A stretch of 35,765 nucleotides of DNA from Octopus bimaculoides (GCF_001194135.2 NC_068981.1:69462406-69498170), one strand, 5' to 3'; positions 1 through 11,639 are shown, counted from the first letter of the stretch. A program made the numbers and translations. Notes: a model not told the origin generated them from the sequence alone.

Positions 1-761
1 ATATATATGTATATATATATATATGTACAGGTACACACACATACACACACAGGCTCTCACACACAAATACACGTATTCATATGAACAAAAATATCTAAAT
101 ATAAAACAATAAATATCGTCATAATGAGTGAATATAAAGGATAGCAATTCATATACCATACAGAAACACGTAATTACCCTCCCAGCTTGTTCTCTTTCTA
201 TGTTCCCTCCACACTGCAATATTTGTGTACATATGATATTTAGTCTATTACACCGTTGCATATGTGTATATATGTGTGAATCGGCATGAAGAACCATTTA
301 TTCTGCGTAAAGAAAGTAAATAAGAGATCCCAATATGGATAGGTTGTTTACGGATACGGACATCAATCGAATTCAACGAAAGACATACATTTTCCTGTGG
401 TTATCTCTAAAATATGTCACACCTATTATTCATTTTGTATTTTAGAACATTCATAATAAATTGTCAGAAATATCTTTTTTGTATCACACTCTCTTGTACC
501 TTCTTTTTTCTATTATTGTCTGTCATTTTCCCCTTGGTATGTCATTAACATGATCCACTTTTCCTGCTTATTGATCCCAAAACGTTGTTGTTCGACAATA
601 CACACAGTGTAAAGTAAAACGGCTAAAAGTAGATAAAAATAATACATTTTGTCGGTATTGTTTGTGAAATGTACTCTCACAGATTCTGAAAAAAACAACA
701 ATTGAAACTAAAATTGTATAATATTTGCGATAGACTTTCTCTTTTCTCTCTCATTTGATTC

Positions 762-818
762 TTCTCTCTCTCCCTCCCTCTCTCTCCCCCCTTCTCTCTC
801 TCTCTCTCTCACACACAC
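762..818. repeat. (CT)n/(CA)n microsatellite
   Basis: Seen directly; it generates the spurious SLSLSL/ERERER ORFs. Confidence 0.95.
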
Positions 819-978
819 TTGTGCGGGCGTCCATAAACATACACGAATGTGTATATATGTGTATGTACATAAAAAGGCTGAAAGAGAAAATACCCAAACA
901 AGATCGGCAGAAAATTACATATAAGAAAACACGCCTAAACATGTTCAACGCAGTATATTATATCGGTTGCAACTTTTC

Positions 979-1160
979 GCACAAGGCCAGTAATGTTGGA
1001 GGAGCTAGTAATTCGATTTCCTCATGGTATTCATTTTATCGACCACGAAATGTTGAATGTTGAGTCGAACTCGGAAGATTTTGAACTCAGAACGGAAAGA
1101 CGGACGAAATTCCGTCCAAACAGTTCTGCTGTGCGTATTGACGATGCTGTCAGCTCGCCA
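979..1160 (-). mobile_element. tRNA-derived SINE, family A (decayed)
   Basis: Minus strand reads ggcgagctgacagcatcgtc...ttctgagttcaaaatcttccgagttcgactc, with A/B-box-like head. Homologous copies are at 2940-3128 and 3152-3265. The octopus-type assignment is from recall, not a search. Confidence 0.8.
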
Positions 1161-1311
1161 CAATACTATTAGGTTGGCAACTAAGTTCCTTCTATGTTTT
1201 AAATTTAAATGTTTTAAAAGATTTAATAAAAAATAACAACTAATTAATAGAAATATTAATATTTCTAAGTGTCGCTAAAGGAGACTAGAGCAGCGGTACT
1301 GGATATTACTA

Positions 1312-1702
1312 GTTATCGCCAAACCAACATGGCAGTCCCAAAAATAGGACGAATGCTGCCGTTGATTAGCTCCAAGAGGCCATCACCTCTAGCTAACTAT
1401 GTGACACACGAACCTGTGTCCATTATAACCTTTGAACAGGGGAGGTCAGCCGCTTCGCCTTGCTGGTCTGGCTTCTACAGCCTAGTTTGACCCCTTATCA
1501 AAACCTTGATGAGGGGTGATAAGGGGCAATAACCCGTAGATGCCAGACAAGCAAGGGAAAGCGGCTGACCTCCACTGTTTGAAAGTTATAATGGACACAG
1601 GTTCGTGTGTCACATAGCTAGCTAGAGGTGATGGCCTCTTGGAGCTAATCAACCGCAGCATTCGTCCCACTTTTTGGACTGCTATGTTGGCTTGCCGTTA
1701 GC
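1312..1702. repeat. ~390-bp foldback (long inverted repeat), MITE-like
   Basis: Arms ~1312-1500 and ~1517-1702. About 10 mismatches over a ~130-nt core by manual alignment. ORFs 1269..1490(+) and 1482..1670(-) give near-identical peptides. Confidence 0.92.
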
Positions 1703-1715
1703 TATTAACAACTAA

Positions 1716-2745
1716 TTCATCAATAATGTATTCACCCTTGTTGTTTACAACTTCTTCCCAAAGTTCAACAGGATTTTCAAAACTTCGGTGGTAGAAATCA
1801 CCTGATTTCGACACGAAAAATTGATCCAACCAAGCCCCCAATTCTGCATCAGTATTGAACGAAACTCTGCGCATAGCATTTGAAAGGGATCGAAAGAGGT
1901 GAAAACCCGTTGGTGCCAAATCAGAAGAGTACGACGTGGTTGGGAACACTTACCAGCCATGCGTTTCAATGGCTTTCTTGAACATTGTGGCGATATGAGG
2001 GCGGGCATTGTTGTGCAGCAGAAAAACTTCATCATGACGATTAGGTTTTTTCTCTTGAATAGCCGTGTTGAGTCGTTCCATCTGTTGAACATAGAGTTCC
2101 GCATTGAACGTTTGGTTCCGTTCAAGCAATTCGTAATCTATAATCCCTTCCTAATCCCACCATACGCACAATGTCGTTTTATGCGGATGAATATCTTGTT
2201 TCACGCGCGGTGTCACAGCCATTACTTAGGCTGCTTCATATTGATATACAGGCACTATTTTTCGTCGCAAGTAACGATTCGGTAAAGAAATCGTTGCATG
2301 TGTCCTTGATTTGAGAGGTGACGTGCAAGCAAACCAGCGGAGATTGTGGCTCATTGATTTTTGTTGTTGTCGCATGAAGCATGTGGAACCCATGCACCAT
2401 ACTTCTGAACCTACCCATCGAGTGAATATGCTTCTCTATAGGAGTGTAGGAGCATTCCATTTTCTTTGCTAGTTCCCTTGTCGTTTGACGAGCATTTTCG
2501 TGCAAAATTTGGTTTAATAGCTCTTTATCGAACTCAACTGAACGGCCAGAACTAGATGCATTTTCAGGTCAAAATTTCCATTTTTGAACCTGGCATACCG
2601 ATCACTAACGGTTCTTTCAGCTATGGAACCCTCTCCATACACTGCACAAATGTCGCGAGCAGCTTTTGCGGCCTTAGCATCTTGATTAAAAGCAAAAAGA
2701 AGGAGGTATCAAAAATGCTCGTTATTCTTAACTTGACATTCAATT
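1716..2745 (-). pseudogene. Mariner transposase pseudogene
   Basis: Motifs AARDICAVYGEG, ENARQTTRELA, RIVTCDEK* (W to stop), LLHNNARPH (2nd D to N), YSSDLAPTGFHLFRSL (3rd D to G), GEYIID. Contains stops and frameshifts. Confidence 0.95.
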
Positions 2746-2939
2746 TTAATGATCTGAAAATAAATAAAAATTAATTAAAATTAACTAGAAAAAAAAAATA
2801 GATTCCAAAATGATTCCAAAATAAATTCTGGAAAAAAATAGATTCCAAAATTTAAAAATGCAAGAAATTCCAAAATTTGAAACAACGGCGGGAACTTCGT
2901 TGCCAATCCAATATTTTATTGTTCTGTTTTGAAAACATT

Positions 2940-3128
2940 GGCACATACCCAGAAGTTTCGGGAGTAGGGGTGGAAATTGGCTACATCAACAGAATTATGC
3001 TACTGGTTCCCATTTTATTAATACCGAAATGTTGAAAGGCAACTTCGAAACCGGCGGCATTTGAACTCAGAACGTAAAGATGCACGAATTCCGCTGAGCA
3101 TGTTGCCCGGCATACAAAATATTGTGCC
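2940..3128 (-). mobile_element. tRNA-derived SINE, family A (decayed)
   Basis: Aligns by eye with 979-1160 (tttgaactcagaacgtaaaga...cgaattccg). Confidence 0.75.
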
Positions 3129-3151
3129 ATGTCACTACTAAAATTAGCTAA

Positions 3152-3265
3152 GTGGTAACCAGACAAACATTTGCTCGCCTAGCAAAATGCTTAGCGCCAT
3201 TTTATCCGTCTTTATTTCTGAGTTATAATTGCGCCGAGATCGACCATGCATATCATCCTTTCAGA
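3152..3265 (+). mobile_element. tRNA-derived SINE, family A (5' part, decayed)
   Basis: gcaaaatgcttagcgccattttatccgtctttatttctgagtt...gccgagatcgac is the reverse-complement homologue of the adjacent copy. Confidence 0.65.
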
Positions 3266-3344
3266 TAATTGGGGTTTCTACACTTGAGAGTTGTTTGAGT
3301 ATATACGCACGCACATACATACAAGTGTTTGTATAAATGTAGTG

Positions 3345-3347
<3 letters not shown>

Positions 3348-3419
<72 letters not shown>
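3348..3419. repeat. (TA)n microsatellite
   Basis: Seen directly. Confidence 0.98.
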
Positions 3420-3422
<3 letters not shown>

Positions 3423-3441
3423 GTAATTTTATATATGTATA

Positions 3442-4738
3442 TACACGACATGTTGAAAAAAGTTCTGAGACTAGTTATGTTTAATGAGAAATGAAACTTA
3501 TTTACTCAAGTTTTAACAGTATCCGCTTTGAAATAGTCACCTTGCGCAGCAATACACCGGTTTCAGCGTTCCTGCTACTTTAGAATCCGGAGACGAAGCT
3601 GCTTTCCTCGAGCTGAGGACCTTCTGCGAATCGATCTGGATATCGACGATGGTGTAAAAAGAGCGATCATTGAGCTGCATTTTCATCTTTAGAATGAGAT
3701 AGAATTGCGCAGTTTCACCATCTGGTGGATATGGCGGTTGGTGAAGCCATACCGTGTTGTTTCTGGCGAGATACCCACGAGTGAGGAGATGGCGGTGACA
3801 GAGTGCACAGTCGTCCTGAATAATCCATTTATACGCGTTTCACAGATCTGTTTTTTTTCTCTGATTGTCCTCCGTGAAAAGGCTTCAAAATGTCGCAGAT
3901 GTGTTGATTGACAGTCTGGCCCTGGGGAACAACTTATCGAGGCACAATACCACCGATTGATTGAGCGGCCGCTCTGTCATGCCTTCTTCGTTCGTGGAGA
4001 TAAAGTGTTCTTCCATTGAGAATATTGCTGCTTCGTCTCAGTGTTGCACCCGAAACAACAACTCTTGTAACCGGTTATGATTCTCGACATTAATCATGTT
4101 CATCAGTGGCACGCGGACAGAGGCCGTCACAGGCTTCGACGCGATGTTCTTTCGACCAAGTACTCATCAAGGGTGGGGGAAGATTTGGCAGCAGCACGCT
4201 GCATGTTCAATTCAGATGTTAGGATTGCCGGTACAGACCCACATAACAGATCAACAACATCACAAATGTCGTTGATTTTCCTCCACCGATATTCATGCAC
4301 AAGCTGATGATTTGCCTCCACATTTCAAGCAGTGGCGCTCGTTGTAGGTCTTCCAGATATCTCCTCCTCTTTCTGGAACATTCTTCCATCTTTAAAGTGT
4401 CAGTGCCACTCAAACCATTGAGTACGACATGTTGCCTCGTTGCCGTAAGTTTGCTGAAGCATTCTCAATGTCTGCTTAGTAGACTTCGCAACTTTAACGC
4501 AAAATTCTGCGTTGGCTCTTTGTTCCAACTTCTTGTCCATGACAAAATCGCACACTACAGCATACACGTGATGACAAAAACACAGATTTCACAACTAACG
4601 ATGTAAACATAGCAATATCACTCGACACAGTGTCTAATGAAGACCTCTCCTGGCTCTTACTGCGCGTGCAACCGTGCGTTGTTTTTTGCTGGTGCGCGAC
4701 AGAATTAGTCCGGGAAGTTTTTGGTACGACCTTGTGTA
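3442..4738 (-). mobile_element. Decayed full-length (~1.3 kb) mariner transposon
   Basis: Degenerate TIRs (tacacgacatgttgaaaaaagttctgagacta vs rc tacacaaggtcgtaccaaaaacttcccggacta). Canonical size, with a transposase remnant inside. Confidence 0.88.
3507..4540 (-). pseudogene. Mariner transposase pseudogene
   Basis: MDKKLEQRANAEFCVK..QQTYGNEA..QWFEWH*HFKDGR..SGRPTTS (HTH); SRIITGYKSCCF..TETKQQYSQWK (ITGDESW region); LHQPPYPPD (YSPDLAP region); NRCIAAQGDYF C-terminus. Confidence 0.92.
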
Positions 4739-5268
4739 TATCTACTTATAAATGTGTATGCGCGTGAGTGATTATGAACAGGATTGAACGAGTAATTAGA
4801 ATCAACTTCTAATCAGAGACTTGCCATTAAATACGGAAATGGTAAAACTGTGGCATCATTTCCAGCTTTAATGCGTGGAGTAATTGATTGAGGCATACAT
4901 TTTCTGAACAGTTGTTATAAGAATTTCGTTCCATTCATAAAGTAAAAATTGTTTTAGCTGTTTCAAATCTGAGGGCAGATGGAAGTGAGTAGCTCCGTGT
5001 CACAAGCTATGAAGTTAGCATCAGAAAACTGGGGTCGTAGGTAGTAGACTTCGTAAAAGACAGAAGCCATCGGAGCCCTCTCTATGGAGACAGTAATAGC
5101 GAGTGAACTTCTTCAGAGAATTGTCTAGCGGGGACTGCTCCGTGTAGTATCTCTCTCTCGGATGTGTGATCAGTTACGCTGACCACCACACTTACTGGTT
5201 ATGGCGAATATAAGTGGTCCAAGATCTTTAAATTCTGTAGGTTTCGGAACAGTGAATATTTCGTCGCC

Positions 5269-5351
<83 letters not shown>
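5269..5351. repeat. (ATT)n microsatellite
   Basis: Seen directly; source of the poly-Y ORF 5201..5533. Confidence 0.98.
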
Positions 5352-5870
5352 TTATTCAATGTCCATTTGCTGAAAATAATTGGCGGGATGTATTTTGGAA
5401 AAGTAGCACGAATGACATTTCACTCATGATTTTCCCAGCCCCGTTTGTACCATCTCTATCGTCATATAGTCGGAGTTTATCATGGAGGAGAATATGTGGT
5501 TTCCCGTTGATGGATTCTGTGTTTTATTGTTAGAATTCTATGTGTATTTTGTCGATTAGTTTGTCGAAAGTATTTGTTGACCTTTTCATTTTTCAAGTAA
5601 GTGTGTTAGATGATTCCGTATTTCGTTGCAACTTCTGTGTAGAAAATTGTTGTTTCTCTTCCTGATGTAGCATCTACTGAGAACTTCATTGGTTGTTGTG
5701 TAGAAGATGCTTATGCGGCTTTGAGAATACCTTCTTAAATACCGTCTTAAATACCTCAGATATTTAAAACGGTATTCTCGGAGCCTGTGAAATTATCTTG
5801 GCCCATTCTCATGTTGCTAAAGCTGTAGAGTAGAAAAACATTGGACTTGAAAATTTAGCATTAAGAACAA
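5352..5870 (-). mobile_element. Highly decayed retroelement ORF end, possibly Penelope-like GIY-YIG region
   Basis: A-rich minus strand with broken frames (KYFRQTNRQNTHRIL..HRIHQ; ends ..KWTLN) running into a (TAA)n tract. The resemblance is weak and by eye only. Confidence 0.3.
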
Positions 5871-6109
5871 GCTTTTCAACAATATACAAGAAGTTAATTA
5901 CAATAATGCAGGAAGGAAATATCTGTAAGAAAGAAGTGTTTTTCCGAAAGAGCCAAGACAATTCTATAAAAGCTGCCACGGGTCTCATGCCTGGAAAATG
6001 CGGGAGAAATAAAGCTCTGAATTCAGCTTAAAGCCGCCTGACAGCGTTCATCATATATAGGTTTGCGAATTAATAGGCGTAAGTAATGTAGCAGCAACAA
6101 TCAGGTACA

Positions 6110-7250
6110 ATAATTATGTCTAGACCATTCAAATTTGCATTAGAAAACTCACAAGATGAACGTTAAAAAAACAATTAAGAGCAGAAATTCTACTGTGGAT
6201 TCAGAAGTGCATTAGATAATTAGATCAAAAACAAAATTACAAATACTTAATAATCGATGAAAGAAAATGAATGAAAACATAAATAAGAAACATTTTAGAC
6301 ACATTAGATCTATACAAAATACAGAAAGAATTTCGAAGCATACGAAATAGTTTACAGTTACAATATTTTCAATTGAACTCTAACTAAGGGAGCGAGATAC
6401 GTCAGACAAAAAACAAAGCAAAACAAAAATTAAATAGAAGAAAAAACATAATAATTTGAGTTCGAAACATGCTTATCTTCAAAACCAACTATTATGTAAT
6501 TCATGTAACTAGAACAAACCAATTATAAAATATTCACTATAGTTAGATGTCGTAAATATTTATTCACCCACAAATATCTATTAATTTATCGACAATTAAT
6601 ACTAAGAGCAACAGAAGCAGAACACAAAAAAACCCTCGTTTTCTTAAGAGCCCATCTTCATACATCTTTGTTAGAAGAAAAAGATGATGAAAGCAACTCA
6701 ATTAGAAATGTCGCTACGGAGTCTCGTCTGAAGTGATAACAAAATTAGACCGAAAAATAAGGCTGCTAGGAGAATTGAGGTTGGAAATTTTTAATTTATC
6801 ACGGAATATCAAAGCCTTCCATTTCAAACCGTGAAAAAGAGTATAATAAATAACATTACACTCCATAAATAAAGACGTGACGGTAGGGAAGAATGAATTG
6901 ATACTTAATGTGTTTCAGCCGATAAAAGCGCTGCTAGACGTCGAGGTGGAAAACCCTGGAAGTAACGACATCTTTTTGAAAAACAAACAGAAATTAGGTT
7001 GTATAAACATACACTAACAATTGTTCCTTGAGAATGTGAATGACCGACAATACTCAGGAATTTGTCAATCAAATTACAAATATAACGATCAAACTTGATC
7101 GGCTTGCTATCGCTGTCAGCACGAGGAAGTAAATGACGATATTATCCACATATAAATATCTAGAATTGAGAGGAAATGCGCCTCGTACGATAACTCGTTG
7201 GTAGCTTGAAATTGATGAGAAGTGGATTGAGATAGGAGTTTAAACAAGCA
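6110..7250 (+). mobile_element. Highly decayed non-LTR retrotransposon 5' portion (ORF1-like plus possible APE start)
   Basis: A-rich plus strand with fragmented protein-like frames. Near 6990-7140, QKLGCINI / LDRLAIAV / CQHEEVND resemble the start of an APE endonuclease. Weak. Confidence 0.3.
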
Positions 7251-7268
7251 CACCTAGATACATGTATG

Positions 7269-7270
<2 letters not shown>

Positions 7271-7310
<40 letters not shown>

Positions 7311-7640
7311 NNNNNNNNNNNNNNNNNNNNNNNNNNNNNNNNNNNNNNNNNNNNNNNNNNNNNNNNNNNNNNNNNNNNNNNNNNNNNNNNNNNNNNNNNN
7401 NNNNNNNNNNNNNNNNNNNNNNNNNNNNNNNNNNNNNNNNNNNCATACACACACACACACACAAACACGTCTACAGACTTACCCTATTACTCACGTACAT
7501 CCATAAGTACATTCGTGCATACGCACATACATACATATATACTTATGTACATACATGCGTATAGGCATGCACATATGCATACGCGCACATATGTACACGT
7601 ACATACATACATACATACATACATACATACATACATACAC
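7271..7640. repeat. (CA)n / (CATA)n microsatellite complex spanning assembly gap 7311-7443
   Basis: Seen directly. Confidence 0.95.
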
Positions 7641-7888
7641 GCATACAAAACTAACTGTTACTTTCTCAGATGCAGCACAGAACTTTATCAGTGAATAGGT
7701 CGCGGTCTGAAGGCGACGAAAATATTTTGACAAATTAAATTTAAATGTTGAAGTGAATCTAACGGATTTTGTCTGTTATTTTAAATGGCTTATAAACACC
7801 TTCCACGCTGCAATTGGTTTCGTTCCAGCACACGATCTCAGATCAGGTCAGTTGCTATGCAAGTACATCTCCGTAATATATATACTTC

Positions 7889-8339
7889 NNNNNNNNNNNN
7901 NNNNNNNNNNNNNNNNNNNNNNNNNNNNNNNNNNNNNNNNNNNNNNNNNNNNNNNNNNNNNNNNNNNNNNNNNNNNNNNNNNNNNNNNNNNNNNNNNNNN
8001 NNNNNNNNNNNNNNNNNNNNNNNNNNNNNNNNNNNNNNNNNNNNNNNNNNNNNNNNNNNNNNNNNNNNNNNNNNNNNNNNNNNNNNNNNNNNNNNNNNNN
8101 NNNNNNNNNNNNNNNNNNNNNNNNNNNNNNNNNNNNNNNNNNNNNNNNNNNNNNNNNNNNNNNNNNNNNNNNNNNNNNNNNNNNNNNNNNNNNNNNNNNN
8201 NNNNNNNNNNNNNNNNNNNNNNNNNNNNNNNNNNNNNNNNNNNNNNNNNNNNNNNNNNNNNNNNNNNNNNNNNNNNNNNNNNNNNNNNNNNNNNNNNNNN
8301 NNNNNNNNNNNNNNNNNNNNNNNNNNNNNNNNNNNNNNN
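7889..8339. other. Assembly gap (N-run); other gaps at 7311-7443, 16460-16469, 18753-19347, 20210-20351, 22066-22103
   Basis: N bases; the long poly-X ORFs are artefacts. Confidence 1.
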
Positions 8340-8633
8340 CGTCAGTTACGACGTCGAGGGTTCCAGTTGATCCGATCAACGGAAGAGCCTGCTCGTGAAA
8401 TTAACGTGCAAGTCGCTGAGCAGTCAACAGACACGTGTAACCTTAACGTAGTTCTCGGGGATATTCAGCGTGACACAGAAAGTTGTGGTGAAAGAGTACA
8501 GCAGAGTTCGCTTGCCGGTGTTTCGTGCAGCTTAAAGAGTTTTCGCTCAATAAGCACTCACATCGTCCGGTCTGGAAATTGACACCGCATCCCTACGACC
8601 GCGAGTCCGTTGCCCTAACCGCTGGGACATTGC
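8340..8633 (-). mobile_element. tRNA-derived SINE, family B (internally deleted)
   Basis: The reverse complement matches the plus copy at 30118-30496 (gcaatgtcccagcggttagggcaacggactcgcggtcgtagg ... ttaatttcacgagcaggct..ccgttgatcggatcaactggaaccctcg). Confidence 0.92.
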
Positions 8634-8635
8634 TA

Positions 8636-9024
8636 ATGACGCAGGTTTCCCCAGCGAAGGAAAAATATTCGAGAGTTCAAACATGCGAGGATGAAATAGA
8701 CAAATTGTTTGGAGTCGAAGAGGGAAAGACACCAGTAGCAGACGAATTAAAGAAAAAAACCAAGAAGAGGAAAAAACAAATGGAATTTTGTGACATATTC
8801 AAAAAACAAGGAGACGGAGAAAAAAATTCTAAAATTTGAGCATATTATAAGAGTGAAGTTACCCACGGATGTGTACTCTGAAAATGTGAAGGCCATTGTG
8901 GTCGATAAGGACACATACAGGAAACTGAAAGACATGTGCAGAGAAAAAAGTAGCGGTGGAGTTCGACGAGCTACCACCAGTAATCGAACTCAAGGACTTG
9001 GAGCCGTTTATGAGATATTAAAAA
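8636..9024 (+). pseudogene. Unassigned frameshifted coding remnant
   Basis: Three overlapping frames join into a continuous charged, protein-like string ending in TAA, followed by A-rich tracts. Family not recognised. Confidence 0.35.
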
Positions 9025-10931
9025 AAAATATCTGGGGAAAAAAAGGAACAAAAAAGAAGGAAAAAAAGTGTTTTATGTTATAAATACATTAAAAGAAAAA
9101 AAAGAGAAAAAAACAGATAATTAAAAAAACAATAGAAAAGTGAACGATTGTAAATAGTGTATATAAACGTTCAAATGGTACTGCATGGTTATGGGACCCG
9201 TGCAACCATTTCATTTCTTCATTATATAACATCTCATTGTCATTCGTTTTATGTTTTATATCCCCATCGTAGTGTTGTATCTGTGCGTGTAGTGTCCCCC
9301 TCTGTGTTATGGCCGTAAGTGCCGAATAAAGAAAAATCGGATTGGTAAGCAGTTTACTGTGAGTCTTGCATATACATACCTCGTGTAAACATATCTTAGT
9401 CTTCACTTGCTCCTAGAACGCCAGATATGATGCAGCAAGTGATTGTATCAAATATTCAAACTAAATGAAAAATTTCTACAATAGACACAATACCTGGAAT
9501 TTTGACGGATATGCTTTGTCGATTATATCATTCCCAGTCCTCAAATGGTGTTTATTCTATGGATGCCTCTGCTTCTGTCCATCTTGTTGTTGTTGGTGGT
9601 GGTGTAGGTGGTGTCTGTAATTTGTCTCTTGACCACGTCAATCTGTAGCGGAGAAAATAAAGTTTTAATAGCTATTCCAACAGCCATCACTTCCTTCGAT
9701 TCGGGATACCTGCCGGATCTAATATTGAGGAACCCTTTCGTCAATGGTAAGCTAAAATTCGAACGTTCGATTTCATTTCAACAAAATTTCTAACATGAGT
9801 TCAGTGTTATATACATTTTAACATATCATATCGATAAAATTGAAGCTATATGATTGATTGCTATTAAATATCCACATTACAATACGGTTTTGCAGTCATA
9901 CAATACCTGCGTTAATATGCATTATATATTAAATGTGTATTCTTTCATTTTCCTAATTTTAATGTTAACTTTTCCATTGGCTTCAAAATTCATATGACAC
10001 TAATAAAATATATTCTAGAAAGATACCAGCATCTATTTTATACCCCTCCAGAAAATAGTGTATGTCCTTAATATGTAAAACAATACTTATATGAATAGCG
10101 TGTGTTGTTACAAGCTACTGCCATGCATTCAATTATATTTACATCGTAGGCCAGCTAAGGTTAAAATCTCTTAAAATAAGCATTATTCCTAGGAATGACT
10201 AGAGAATTGAAAAGGTATTGTGAAGGTGTCATGGACACGCTCAATCTAATCAAGCGAGTTTGACATTCACTAATCAAATCTTGTAAAACACACGATGCAG
10301 AATTGCAGACTGCTCTCAATAATCTTATATTAGTTAAGTATCATTATGTCAAATAACAGTGGAGGATTTGACATTTGACCTAGATTAACATCATTCATTT
10401 TAGATTTCGTGATCGTTAATGCTATGAAGAAAGAAATAGGTTTATTTGAAGAAGTATGTTTAACCTAAGACATCAATAACAGTGAAGAATGATGCTTAAT
10501 TGAAGTTATAATCGTCAGCAATAAGACCGTATGGAAGTTTAAACGACTAGTATATTATAATATCCATGTACATTCATGTGGGAAATGCATCGGAAGTTTA
10601 TTTATATCGCCTAATAAATAACAGACAACAAAAATGATATAGACATTCATATACATTTTCTTGTTGAAATATATCATATAATAATATCTTGGATGATACA
10701 ACAATGCTGATGATACAAGCATCAGTTCACCTATTCACACGAGGATAGATATATTATATATAATTAACACTTATCTTATATGTGTACATTGTGAACGCAA
10801 CAAGTAATAATGTCTCATGGAAGGCTGCAACATTTGAACAGATAATGTAAAGGATGGTTCAATATTTTGAGCGGGACAGGCATTTGAGGGGAAAGGGCTA
10901 TTCGACTTGGGAGAATTCTAATTTGTAGCCT

Positions 10932-11510
10932 AGTGTCACTTTGATGACATGCGCTGCTCTATCACTCAATATGCACTGATGCAGTACCAGACAGTTGCCC
11001 GCATGGCTTCCGGTTTTAACTTATTGGAAGTATCTTCATGTATATTGTTTTGTCTTGGTATATCGGATGGCCTACAGCTCAATACCACAGATTTGCTTGT
11101 CAGTTGTTTGACCTTAACCAGTTGAGCATGTCCTTTTGTGGCTGAAGATATGTGCATCTCTGATCACAAGCAGACGTAGTGAAGGAGCATCATAACTACG
11201 TTCCGAGAGCAATTCTTTGGGGTTTCAATAATTCACCTTTGGAAACTTCACCTTTGGAAACTTGGGTGTTTTGTTCATCATCCTTAAGCAAACCTACCTC
11301 ATTCAGAGACCTCTTGAGCGGGATGGGATACGTGACCAGAAGAAAATCCACTTGCAATCTCATGTGCTGTTTATCCAGGTTGCGCACATATAGCCGTGAT
11401 GCATGGATCTGGTTTAACCTTATCAGACGGGTAGTCATGATGGGTATGTTGGGATTCGTATATTTTACCCCGGTGTCACTCTGATGGCATGCACCGCTCA
11501 CTCACTCAAT
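10932..11510 (+). mobile_element. Unclassified interspersed repeat with 39-bp terminal direct repeats and a (TAA)n tail
   Basis: 10932-10970 vs 11472-11510 are 32/39 identical, followed directly by (TGA)n/(TAA)n. Confidence 0.6.
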
Positions 11511-11517
11511 GATGATG

Positions 11518-11587
<70 letters not shown>

Positions 11588-11636
11588 CAATAATAATAAT
11601 CATAATAACAATTATTATTATTATTATTATTATTAA
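11508..11636. repeat. (TGA)n-(TAA)n-(ATT)n microsatellite
   Basis: Seen directly. Confidence 0.97.
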
Positions 11637-11639
11637 ATG

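Larger units (their letters stand above)
1169..2911 (-). mobile_element. Decayed mariner (DD34D) DNA transposon with a nested insertion
   Basis: TIRs ttaggttggcaactaagttcc (1169-1189) and ggaacttcgttgccaatccaa (2891-2911), 18/21 identical, flanked by TA at 1167-68 and 2912-13. Transposase motifs lie on the minus strand. Confidence 0.95.

Noticed and set aside
7160-8582. Long ORFs over N-runs and CA/TA repeats (also 16113-16546, 18551-19536, 20099-20571, 21880-22272, most of 31928-32611)
   Set aside because: Artefacts of gaps and microsatellites.
9559-9648. Rossmann-like HLVVVGGGVGGV peptide
   Set aside because: It arises from a (TTG)n(GTG)n low-complexity tract and hits a stop 11 codons later; no oxidoreductase continuation.
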